DNA of 32,000 nt from Nitrospirota bacterium. GTDB lineage: Bacteria; Nitrospirota; Nitrospiria; Nitrospirales; Nitrospiraceae. Positions 8,883 through 17,657 of the stretch are shown here, piece after piece (the first letter of the stretch is position 1; every line of letters begins with the position of its first letter). The stretch lies in the NCBI GenBank assembly GCA_963782735.1, contig CAWAKW010000015.1:3451-35450 (forward strand), written 5' to 3'. The notes under the pieces were generated by a model, which had not been told where the DNA came from, searched no databases, and was given only the letters and a program-made list of their open reading frames with translations. The position numbers were made by a program, and so were the translations under genes.

Positions 8883-9108
8883 GGTTGAACTCCTTCTCTG
8901 AAATGGTTGGGCGAACTGCTCCAGGCAAATGTGCAACTGGTCTTTTCTATGTGAGGGTCTCACTGGCACTTCGTCTGTGTGTGAGGAAAAGAATAACATA
9001 GCCAGAATTTGCCAGTGTATATCGTAGTGTCCGGTTAAGAGTCAAGCACTTTGTTAGTCCCAAATGAGCCTGTGACCGGCCACTGTCGTGCCGGCTGGTG
9101 GCTCTTCC

Positions 9109-9249
9109 ATGGCAGAGTTTAAGGTCGAAGTGCCCGGAACCTATATCAATGTTGACCACGCAATCTTCCGCATCGCAAAAGGCGCCGTTGGCCTGATAAA
9201 GGTGGAAGGCGCAGATCAACCGGACATCTACAAGAACCTCCTGAAGTAA
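9109..9249 (+). CDS. Candidate 46-aa small protein of unknown function
   Basis: My own translation (below the track cutoff): MAEFKVEVPGTYINVDHAIFRIAKGAVGLIKVEGADQPDIYKNLLK. It is followed by a 12-bp hairpin and a canonical terminator on the same strand. Only a weak SD (ggtgg). No family recognised. Confidence 0.3.
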   Translation: MAEFKVEVPGTYINVDHAIFRIAKGAVGLIKVEGADQPDIYKNLLK

Positions 9250-9260
9250 TCGGAGGAGAT

Positions 9261-9293
9261 TACACCGCTGTGACCTCAAAACACAGCGGTGTA
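9261..9293 (+). other. Perfect 12-bp stem-loop
   Basis: tacaccgctgtg (9261-9272) / cacagcggtgta (9282-9293), 9-nt loop acctcaaaa, 12 nt after the small-ORF stop. Confidence 0.5.
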
Positions 9294-9352
9294 AATCTGT
9301 AGCGGTCAGGCGTCATGGTTTGATGAATGTGACGAAGTAACGCAGTCTAGGG

Positions 9353-9384
9353 GAGGGAGAGGCATTGCCTCTCCCTCTTTTTTT
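9353..9384 (+). terminator. Rho-independent terminator
   Basis: gagggagaggc (9353-9363) / gcctctccctc (9367-9377) stem, followed by a T7 run (9378-9384). Confidence 0.65.
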
Positions 9385-9858
9385 CGGAAGGGTGAGTTAT
9401 TGGGGTGATTGTAGGTGGTAATCGCAACGTATCTGGTTCACAGCATATCTGATGTCACGAAGTTGCCGGTAAGATCGCTGTCAGCCCATCTCCAGTTGCG
9501 TGTGGATTATCGTCCGTTCTGCAAGACTCAACTGCGTGTAGATGTTTCCCCTGCAACACTTTCTCCCAAAAATGTTGCAGGTGGGTTTTGAGCCAGCCCA
9601 TATTAAAACCGCTCGATTGTACCCTGCCTCTTGACCGCGAGTGATCTGTTTCTGTAACATCTCGCATTCACCGTGATTTTTACAATGATGCTCTTTGGTA
9701 TGTGCGCCAGTGCGTGAAGCCTCCAAAGCACTGGTCGTGCGCAGCGCTCTAGAATTGCCAACGTGCACGGAACAACGAACTAATGTCTTCGTCGAAAAAT
9801 GAAGAAGATCTATAGCTCCAAGGAATTTTAGGGAAACCGGATATTTAGGAGGAACAGC

Positions 9859-11641
9859 ATGTCATCGCATGGAGCGGCAACTCTACCAGTAGAAGACATT
9901 CCAGCACATAGAGAAACCCCAAAACGGGGTGGCTGGGCTGAAGCATTGGCAATACGACCTGATGGCGGGGCTGCAAGTCGCCATGATGGGGATCCCGCTC
10001 TCGCTCGGTATTGCGATTGCCTCCGGTGCGCCTCCGGTCTGTGGTCTGATCTCGGCGATCATCGCGGGATTTGTCTTCCCCTTCCTCGGGGGAGCCTATA
10101 TCACGATCAGCGGCCCGGCCGCCGGCCTGGCGCCGGCGCTGATGGCCGGCACGCTCGCATTGGGTCATGGAGATTTGGAGGCGGGCTATCCGCTCTTGCT
10201 GGTGGCCATTTCTATCGTCGGTGTCGTTCAGGTGATCTTCAGCATCTTCAATGCCGGGAGATTCGCGCTGTTTTTTCCCATCTCGGTGGTCGAAGGCATG
10301 TTGATGGCGATCGGCATGCTGATCATCATCAAACAAATCCCGGCATTTCTCGGGTACATCACACCGCCCATCAAATCCATTCCCAAAGCCATCATGCTGA
10401 TATCCCCGAACATGTCATGGGCCTGAATCCGTTGATCACCGTGATTGGAGCGGTGACCCTCTTCCTTCTCTTTTTTATTAGCGGCATCCTTGCCCGTATA
10501 AAAGGAAAGTGGCCGAAGCTCGTCCCGGTGCCCCTCGTCGTGATCGTTCTAGCCGGCTTGGTCTCTTGGATCCTGGGGCTCGAGGAGAAATAGCTCATTC
10601 ATGTACCCCTCGATATTTTTGAACATGGCATCGTCTTTCCCCATTTCGCTGAAGCCTTTTCCAGACCAGATTTATATGGGTCTCTCATACTCATCATTAT
10701 CACCCTGACCCTCATCGACGGCACCGAGTCGCTCGCGACGATCGCCGCCATCGATAAGATCGACCCGTTTAAACGAAAGTCGAACCCCAATGTCACCTTG
10801 CGGGCCATGGGGGTCTCCAACACCGCTTCCAGTCTGCTGGGTGGATTGACGATCATCCCCGGCGGGCTCAAAAGCACGGTCAACATGCTCGCAGGGGGCC
10901 GAACCCTCTGGGCCAACTTCTACTATGCCTGCTTTCAGTTGATCATCCTGCTGTTCGCCGCAGCCCTCATCAATCAAATTCCAAAATCGGCCCTGGCAGG
11001 GTTGCTCATGTGGATCGGATGGAAACTCTGCTCGAACAAAGTCTTCAAGCGGATCTTTCTCGGTCGGCAAGGAACAGATTTTTCTCGCCCTGGTCAACGT
11101 CGTGGTGACGTTATCCACCTCGGACCTGCTGGACGGCATGATCGTCGCCACCCTGGCGAAGATTGTCTTGCTCGTGAAGGATGTCGTACGGGCTTCGGCC
11201 AAGGATCCCCAGGGCGGCGGGATAGGGGGCGCATTCAAAGAATTGTTCCGCAATCCCGTCATCCGCATCGGAGACAGCCGCGGCTCTCGTGAGGTGATGA
11301 CCGTCGCGGCGAATGCGGTGCTACGGGGCACCGTCGGGGAGATGAAGAATCCCTACAAAATCTACCTGTCGTCGGCCACCTGTATGAATTTGGTGAAACT
11401 CGACGCGGCGCTCAAGGCAATCGTCATTCCTGAGGGCATGAAAGCCAACTATATGATCATTTTGGCCGGAAAGATTGTGGACCACACCACCATGGAATAT
11501 TTACACGGGTTCCAGGATCGCTGTATTGAAGCCGGGCATACCTGTGTCCTCGTCGGGATGGAGCACTTCCGTGGGCTCTCGGACCACGCGCTGGCCTATC
11601 GCGTGAGTCAAGTCCCTGGGAACCTCACTGCCTTTGCATGA
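9859..11641 (+). pseudogene. SulP-family anion transporter with C-terminal STAS-like domain, disrupted by frameshifts and an in-frame stop
   Basis: Strong SD aggagg + ATG at 9859. SulP-like sequence is spread over frames: frame 2 from 9929 (DLMAGLQVAMMGIPLSLGIAIASGAPPVCGLISAIIAG...), frame 1 from ~10410 (NPLITVIGAVTLFLL...PLVVIVLAGLVSW), an in-frame TAG at 10591-10593 and then continuation (LIHVPLDIF...TLIDGTESLATIAAIDKIDPFKRKSNPN..LRAMGVSNTASSLLGGLTIIPG), and frame 2 again from ~11070 (EQIFLALVNVVVTLSTSDLLDGMIVATLAKI... to the STAS-like end). Frame switches lie near 10395-10415 (CCCC run) and 11050-11075. One more probably lies between 9859 and 9929. Confidence 0.75.
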
Positions 11642-11721
11642 GGCGGCGCGGAAACGTCAGGCGGGAGGCGTCGGTTACATCTCATTATGATATTGTCCAA
11701 ACCGTTCAGGGAGTACCATTG

Positions 11722-12006
11722 ATGGCTGATCCGACTCCGCCCCATCAGCAAGGCTGTGGCATCATCGAGGCCAACATGCAATACAACCGTATCCCCGATG
11801 ACGGCTTTCTGTTGCTCGCCGTAGCGCCCTACCAGGAAGTCGGTGTTGACCCTGCTCGCGCCGTACTCAAGAGCCGCTTTATGGCCGAATTCGCCTCTGC
11901 CATCATCTGGACAGACTATCCCAAGCTAGCGGACAAGCTGCACGTGGCAAGGGCTGTCATTCCCAGGCAGACGCGGGCGCTGGAGGTGCTTAATGGCCGC
12001 ATGTAG
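11722..12006 (+). CDS. Hypothetical protein (94 aa from ATG 11722)
   Basis: Track ORF 11638-12006. The internal ATG at 11722 is preceded by cagggag. No recognisable motifs. Confidence 0.4.
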   Translation: MADPTPPHQQGCGIIEANMQYNRIPDDGFLLLAVAPYQEVGVDPARAVLKSRFMAEFASAIIWTDYPKLADKLHVARAVIPRQTRALEVLNGRM

Positions 12007-12053
12007 CCTGAATAACATGTCGATACACTGCACTAATTGAAAGGAGTGCCGAA

Positions 12054-12464
12054 ATGCAAGCGAGTATCTTTGTCGCAGAAGATGAACCTGCGCTTCTCAA
12101 CGCGATTGTAAAGCGGTTGTCGAAGGGCTCGAATAAAGTCCGTGGTTTCAAGTCCGGGGATGAACTGCTGGTTGCAGTTGAGCAAGAGATTCCCGATCTG
12201 GTTCTCGTCGACATGAAGATGCCTGGGAAAACAGGGATCGAAACCCTGGCGGCACTTCGCGCGAAATCGCGAGATGTGGTGGTGATCTTGCTGACCGCAT
12301 ATGGAACAGTCGAAGAGGCGGTCGAGGCCATGAAACTGGGGGCCTATGACTTCATCATTAAGACCGTGGACCTCCAGCTGGTAGAACCGGTTGTTAACCG
12401 GGCATTAGAGCATGTGCTACACCGTCAGGTGGCTGACGTAGCCAAGGATAAAGCCGATCACTAA
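12054..12464 (+). CDS. Single-domain response regulator (receiver only, NtrC-like receiver sequence)
   Basis: 136 aa. SD aaaggag upstream. IFVAEDEPALL..., phospho-acceptor context LVLVDMKMPG, LLTAYG, KLGAYDFIIK. The ORF stops after the linker with no output domain. Confidence 0.8.
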   Translation: MQASIFVAEDEPALLNAIVKRLSKGSNKVRGFKSGDELLVAVEQEIPDLVLVDMKMPGKTGIETLAALRAKSRDVVVILLTAYGTVEEAVEAMKLGAYDFIIKTVDLQLVEPVVNRALEHVLHRQVADVAKDKADH

Positions 12465-12609
12465 GGACTGGCCAGACTCGTCGTGCACATTCGCGACGTA
12501 GCGCAAAATCCGAAGACGACCACTCGTCACACCGCTTCGAGCTGGATCTAAATCCTAGGCATTCACATGGTCGTTTCTGGCATGAAGGCTGGAGTGCGAG
12601 GGAGATTCC

Positions 12610-14542
12610 ATGTACCAGCGCATCGCCGGCCTGTTCAATAATCTTCCGATTCATTCCAAGCTACTCCTCATCACTACCATCCCTCTCGCCTCCCTCATTC
12701 TCGTCAGCATCGTGACATACATCAATGTGCAAACCTTTTCGCAGGATGAAGAGCGGCTGAACAATCTCTATCTTACCCAGAAGGCTGCAGCCCAATACAT
12801 GCGGCTGGTGGTCGACTTAGAGACGGGTTTTCGCGGATATGTGTTGACCGAAGATGCTCGCGATCTCAAGCCGTATCAGGAGGCGCTAGCAAAACCTTCG
12901 TGGGGTCGAGACAAGATCTGAAGGAGAGACTTTCAGAGAGACCAGCAGCAACACTTCAAGGATGCTGAAGCCCTCGTTAGCCAGATCGTCGCAGAGAAGG
13001 AAGGACTCATCAAAGACCTTCAATCTGGCCGAAAGTCGATCGTGCTCCAGTATATCAACGAAGGGCGAGGAAGAGCACTGATGTCCGAGTTTCGGACTTG
13101 GATGGCACGACTCGATACATTTGAGCAGAAAAGCGCGCTCGATGAGTTCGCTCAAATAAGCCTAGATCGCACGTCGACACTTCTTGCAATTTTAGGCGGT
13201 GGGCTATTTACGTTTGGGTTCATCGTCTGTGCGCTCTATCTGATTGCCCGATCGATCGCGATCCCTCTTGTCAATCTGTCGAAGGCCGTTGCTGATTCAT
13301 CCGGCGGGCTTTGTCCTGTCATCCCTGTTTTGGACCGGAAAGACGAGATCGGAGGCCTCACCAGGGTGATGCAAGAGATGAGTCGGCAGGTTCAGGAACA
13401 GTTTGATCAAGTGCTAAAATCCGAGGCGTCGCTCCGTATACTCAACCAGCATTTATCCGACTCTGAATCGAAGTACCGCGGTCTGGTGGATAACGCTCCG
13501 ATCGGCATCTTTACGACGAAGGGGATGCAGGTCACGTTCAGCAATCGACACAATCAAGTCTTAGCCGGGCTTGATCCTGACGAAAAGATCGATCCCGCCG
13601 CTTTCCGTGCACGAATTCATCCTGAAGATCTCGAGCGTGTTATGTCGGAATTTTCACAGGCTGTCGCGGCGAGCCGCCAGTGCGAACTGATCTTCCGGTT
13701 TGTCCACGCAGACGGAGGCGTACGGACTATTTTGAGTCGGCGCGTGCCGATCGCTGATCTCGATAGCCCCAATCCGATCTATGTGGCGTTCAATATCGAC
13801 ATTACGGCGCTACATGCCATGCAATTGCGGTTAAGTCGGACCGAGAAGTTGGCGACGTTGGGGCAGATGGCGGCCGGCATTGCCCATGAGCTCAGGAATC
13901 CCCTGGTCGGGATCGGCTCGACGGCATCGCTGTTATTGGATGAGTTCGAGCCGGCAGATCCAAGACGCGCTGAGATCGACGTGATTTTTCACGAGGCCAA
14001 ACGAATGGATCGGATCGTGAATCAGATTGTTGAGTATGCGAGGACTCGCGAGCTTGTGCTGGTTCAATTTGTTTTGTCCGACCTCATCAACCATATCCTC
14101 AAGTTGCTGAGCGGGCCTCTGCAGGCTAAACATCTCAAGGTCCGAACTTCCATATCTCAGGGAGCCGACCATCTGCACGCTGATCGAGACCAAATCGAGC
14201 AAGTGCTTATAAACGTCATCGACAATGCGATCGATGCCTCTCCCACGGGACGGATTGTCCATGGAAATCGCGGCGTATGAGTTTCTCCACCAGGAACAGC
14301 CCGGCATCATGATACAAGTCCGAGATGCCGGTAAAGGTATTTCACCAGAAGTGCTGTCCCGCGTCTTCGAACCATTTTTTACGTCGGGGAAACGTAACGG
14401 AACTGGATTAGGGATGGCGATCTGCAAGAACATTATCGAGAGGCATCGTGGAGAGATCCATCTGACAAGCGAGGTTGGAGAAGGCACCATCGTGAGTATT
14501 TGGCTGCCTAAATCCCAAGATATCCAGCTGGTGAAAGGCTAG
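12610..14542 (+). pseudogene. CHASE3-HAMP-PAS-HisKA-HATPase sensor histidine kinase, interrupted by an in-frame TGA and a frameshift
   Basis: Three track ORFs. 12610-12921 has a TM segment plus CHASE3 (ETGFRGYVLTEDARDLKPYQEA) and ends at TGA 12919-12921. Reading continues in the same frame (12610 and 13042 are both 1 mod 3) through RRDFQRDQQQHFKDAEALVSQIV into ORF 13042-14280 (TM, HAMP, PAS, H-box GIAHELRNPL, N-box INVIDNAIDASPTG). A frame change near 14242-14256 leads into ORF 14225-14542 (LSMEIAAYEF...VRDAGKGISPEV..FEPFFTSG..GTGLGMAICK). Confidence 0.75.
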
Positions 14543-14545
14543 CCC

Positions 14546-15147
14546 ATGCAGGCAATCATCTTTGTGACTGACGATGAGCAGGCGACTCGCTCGGACATTG
14601 CCAAACCGCTGACTCGGCAAGGCCATCATGTGGTTGGGTATGAATTCGGCGAAGAGTTGCTGGAGGGGCCTCAACACAACCTTCCTGACCTTGTGTTGCT
14701 CGATGTGAAGATGCCATTTCTTCAGCGGTCTGAGGCACATGCTTTAACGCATCCAGCTGACTCAGGAGTTCAACAAACCAATTCCTGATATTGCTCCAGC
14801 AGCGCGTGCGGTACTGGAGCGATACCAATATCCAGGAAACGTTCGTGAACTTCAGAATATTCTCGAACGGGCTATGGTCTTTTGCCAGGGACGGACGCGT
14901 ACGCCCGCTTGTTCGCCAAGTGAAGTGTGTGAGATCGCACCGCATGTGGCAGTGGCCTCAGAAATTGTGACAGATTCGATGCTCCGGATCGATATGAAGC
15001 CCGGACAACAGACTCTCGCCGACATTGAGCGGATGGTCATCGATGAAGTCTTGCGGCTGGCGAGCTACAACAAGACGTTGGCTGCCAAGCAGCTTTGGTT
15101 TCACTCGTTTCTCGCTCGATCGACGGCTAAAGAAGGTTGCAGACTGA
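14546..15147 (+). pseudogene. NtrC-family sigma54-dependent response regulator remnant (internal deletion plus frameshift)
   Basis: Receiver start MQAIIFVTDDEQATR...LPDLVLLDVKMP (14546-~14715). It then jumps in another frame to the extreme C-terminus of the AAA+ domain: IQLTQEFNKPIPDIAPAARAVLERYQYPGNVRELQNILERAMVF (from ~14745). The Fis-type HTH LADIERMVIDEVLRLASYNKTLAAKQL is broken by a 1-nt shift near 15093-15100; the shifted frame reads FGFTRFSLDRRLKKVAD-stop at 15145-15147. About 250 or more codons (Walker A/B, GAFTGA) are missing. Confidence 0.7.
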
Positions 15148-15402
15148 TGAGGCGAACTTTTTCACTTGGCTGCCGAGTTTCTGGTTTGTCCTTGTAGGGA
15201 GATATAGACGAGGGTCGCCGCTTGATTGCTCAGATCCACAACTCTTCCGGTGTTATTTTCTGATCGTGGGTTCATTCCAGCGCTGCCTATCCGTGAAGAC
15301 GACGCTCGAGAGAACGAGCGGGAGAATGTCGTGTACTTCGAGCCTGAGCAGGCGCGTTGTGCCGTCTCCGAGATGTCCATTTTAAGCATTCTTCTCGTTC
15401 CA

Positions 15403-15446
15403 TAAAAAAGCCGATCCGCCGGCCCGTCTTACGACGGCGGCGGATC
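15403..15446 (-). terminator. Rho-independent terminator of the amoCAB operon
   Basis: On the minus strand, 27 nt after the amoB stop: GCCGATCCGCCG (15446-15435), 13-nt loop, CGGCGGATCGGC (15421-15410), then TTTTTT (15409-15404). Confidence 0.7.
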
Positions 15447-15472
15447 GGCGTCACGCTTACGTGACTAAACCC

Positions 15473-16739
15473 TTAGCTTGCTGAGGCCCTCGTGAAGACC
15501 GGGATGATGTTACCAGCAATACTGTTGATGTGGCGATTGCCGGATTCGTCCCAAGACATGATGAGACCTCCGAAGCGCTGATCAGGATCGTGGACCAGGT
15601 CCATAAGTCTCTGTACTTCCCAGAGCGAGTCTCTCGAGTCGATCTTGACCTCTTTGCTTTCGCCCGGGTTGATTGGAGACTCATCCTCGATATGCAAGCC
15701 GTCTGTTGCCATAATCTCCGCTGGGTAGTCCGGGTCCATGTTGTTGGCTACGCCAACCTTGTTGAGGAACCGGATACCTGCCGTTGTGAACTCTCCAATC
15801 CTGAGTGGCTGCTCACCGCTGTTGGTCACCTGCAGGGTCATGCGCAGGGCGCGACCAGGAACATCGTAATCTGCGGCGAGCACCTTTACCGTAAGATCCG
15901 ACTTCAAATGAGTCGCCTTGATCTTTGGTTCACCCGCCTGGAGCGGGATGGTATACGGATACTGACTGTCCGTAACGAAGAAACCAACGGCAATCAAAAC
16001 AAAGACACACTCCTAGCATCCCAAAGGCCACTACGCGGTCAACTGGATCGTTCAGCAGTGCGTCTCCACCCTCTTGGGCCAACACACGCGCACGAATGAG
16101 GAACATTGGTCTGATCATGAACCAGCCGATCCAGGCAAATCCAAGCCCACCCCATATCAAATGCCAGAAGAGCCCGGCCGCTAGGCCTGCGGTTTCTGTA
16201 TCGATGGTTCCTCCAACCAACAGCTTTGCTGGGTTGGTGAAGTCTTTATAATTGCCTGTGATATCCATCCAGCCTCCAGGTCCGGCGATAGGCCCGGCCC
16301 CATTGACTGCCAACATCGGGTGGATGTGGTGGTGGCCAGGTAACCGGCCCCTCAGCTTAATCACGTATTCGTAGTCCCCACCGATCTCCATCGGGCCCGA
16401 GGTGAACATCGGAACCCCGTTCACTTTCGAGCTGAGACGTGTGAACACCGAACTTGGGCTCCCCACGTTGATGAACGTACGATTGGGCTTGACGACGGCC
16501 CGAGGCCAGTCTTCCGATATGTGCAACTTCCCCGACAACATCGCTTCATCGTTGACGGCGGTTTTCTGCGGATTCCACCTTGTGTCGTACCATTGAGCGG
16601 TACGCATCCGCAGGAACGGTTCCTGAGAGCGCTCCCCGTGGGCGGCAGCGGGTGAGGCATTGAACACCAGGGTGAGCCCCAGCGTCGCCATCCCGAGGGA
16701 GCCAATCACGCACAATTTGAATATGTTTTTAGCGTTCAT
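15473..16739 (-). pseudogene. amoB: Ammonia monooxygenase subunit B (AmoB), reading frame broken by a single extra nucleotide (true pseudogene or assembly error)
   Basis: Track ORFs 15930-16739 (269 aa) and 15473-15997 (174 aa) together give a colinear AmoB/PmoB. It has a signal peptide, the N-terminal His ([22 protein letters not shown]), the HxH site (GHHHIHPML) and two TM helices. The C-terminal cupredoxin domain follows ([11 protein letters not shown]...LRMTLQVTNSGEQPLRIGEFTTAGIRFLN). The span is 1267 nt (3n+1). The frame switch is confined to 16004-16012, between the downstream-frame TAG at 16013-16015 and [10 protein letters not shown], inside GTGTGTC. Confidence 0.85.
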
Positions 16740-17629
16740 GATTTCCCTTCCGCTAATGTAGCTCCGCCCGACAATCTAGGTGCAACTCCATCCGGCGTAC
16801 CATGTCTCGCTGCAAACTCATCTGTACCGACGATCATGATATCGTTCTTCCGTGACATAACGCCACGTCTACCCTTAACCCAAAAGAACGCTTGCCCGAC
16901 GAAGTGCCCCATTTGCCACCAAATGGTGAACATCAACATGGAGATGAAGGCCGAGAAGAACGCGGAAATCCAGACGGTGTGGCCGCCAAACGTACGCAGC
17001 GATCCCACCTCGATGATTCGGATATACTCAGGCGTCCCCGTACGGACATAGGTGAATCCCATGTAGTCGGCCAGAGACAGCAGCTGACCATCCACCACCA
17101 ACGGTTGATGGCTGTACCCGAATAGGGCATAGTTTGTCGGATTAAACATCATCGCGAACGCCCATACCCCGAATATTGCTGTGAGCATCCAACTCCGAGT
17201 CAGCAACAGGGTACAGTCGAGGATCAGCGCACTGGAGACCATGGTGGCCGGCATGACGAAGTTTGCCGGAAAGTTGGCCCACCAGTACCAGGCAAACAAA
17301 ACCGTGATCCACTTCCCGACGAGCAGCCCCGTGATGCTCAATGTTGCACCAAACGGTTGCCGATAGAACGTCCAGAAGTAGTACATGATCGCCCCGGGAT
17401 ACATGACCTCCACAATTGGTGTGACCGTCACCCAAAACTGCCGGTCCTTCCAATCGATCCAGAAATCCCAGTCTCCTGCAAGCAGGTCGAAGTGCATATG
17501 AAATGTTGCGAACACCCCTAAATACGCAATCGGAAGAAAATACACCGCGTCTATCATTCTTGACAGCTTGACGCCTTCCGGCGGAAGCTTGCTGGCTTTG
17601 ATAATCTCAGCGGTTCTAAACAGTGCCAT
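16736..17629 (-). CDS. amoA: Ammonia monooxygenase subunit A (AmoA)
   Basis: 297 aa. Hallmark CuMMO-A blocks: [84 protein letters not shown] gaggagggg upstream. The stop overlaps the amoB start (ATGA at 16736-16739). Confidence 0.93.
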   Translation of the reverse strand: MALFRTAEIIKASKLPPEGVKLSRMIDAVYFLPIAYLGVFATFHMHFDLLAGDWDFWIDWKDRQFWVTVTPIVEVMYPGAIMYYFWTFYRQPFGATLSITGLLVGKWITVLFAWYWWANFPANFVMPATMVSSALILDCTLLLTRSWMLTAIFGVWAFAMMFNPTNYALFGYSHQPLVVDGQLLSLADYMGFTYVRTGTPEYIRIIEVGSLRTFGGHTVWISAFFSAFISMLMFTIWWQMGHFVGQAFFWVKGRRGVMSRKNDIMIVGTDEFAARHGTPDGVAPRLSGGATLAEGKS

Positions 17630-17657
17630 TTGTCCCCTCCTCGCTCGTTCTGAACAT
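17616..17657 (-). promoter_or_regulatory. 13-codon upstream ORF ([13 protein letters not shown]) created by duplication of the amoA RBS/start region
   Basis: Minus strand reads AGGGAGGGGACAG-ATG-TTCAGAAC...GAGGAGGGGACAA-ATG-GCACTG-TTTAGAAC. GGAGGGGACA[G/A]ATG occurs twice, 30 nt apart. The upstream ATG (17657) opens a +1-frame ORF ending at TAG 17616-17618, 14 nt inside amoA. Confidence 0.3.

Noticed and set aside
9455-9768. Minus-strand ORFs 9455-9667 and 9481-9768 in the nirK/SulP spacer.
   Set aside because: They are mutually overlapping, with Cys/His/Arg-rich odd composition, no SD and no motifs. They are probably non-coding promoter/leader DNA.
11980-12006. C-terminal ...ALEVLNGRM of the 11722-12006 ORF resembling the ExxNGR motif of HLIP/LHC-like proteins.
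   Set aside because: The ORF stops immediately after the motif, with no following TM helix in any frame. This is a coincidental short match.
12578-12592. Sigma54-like promoter TGGCAT-N5-CTGG upstream of the CHASE3 kinase.
   Set aside because: The -12 element is GG rather than the essential GC, and spacing to the start codon is very short. This is a chance match.
12919-12921. In-frame TGA in the CHASE3 kinase as a selenocysteine or programmed read-through codon.
   Set aside because: No SECIS-like hairpin follows (only a direct repeat gagagac x2). No Cys/Sec is expected at that CHASE3 position. The same gene carries an independent frameshift, so plain pseudogenisation is the simpler reading.
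16004-16012. amoB frame change as programmed ribosomal frameshifting.
   Set aside because: There is no slippery heptamer (X XXY YYZ), no downstream pseudoknot-like structure that I could see, and no known precedent in AmoB/PmoB. An indel (real or assembly-derived) is more likely.
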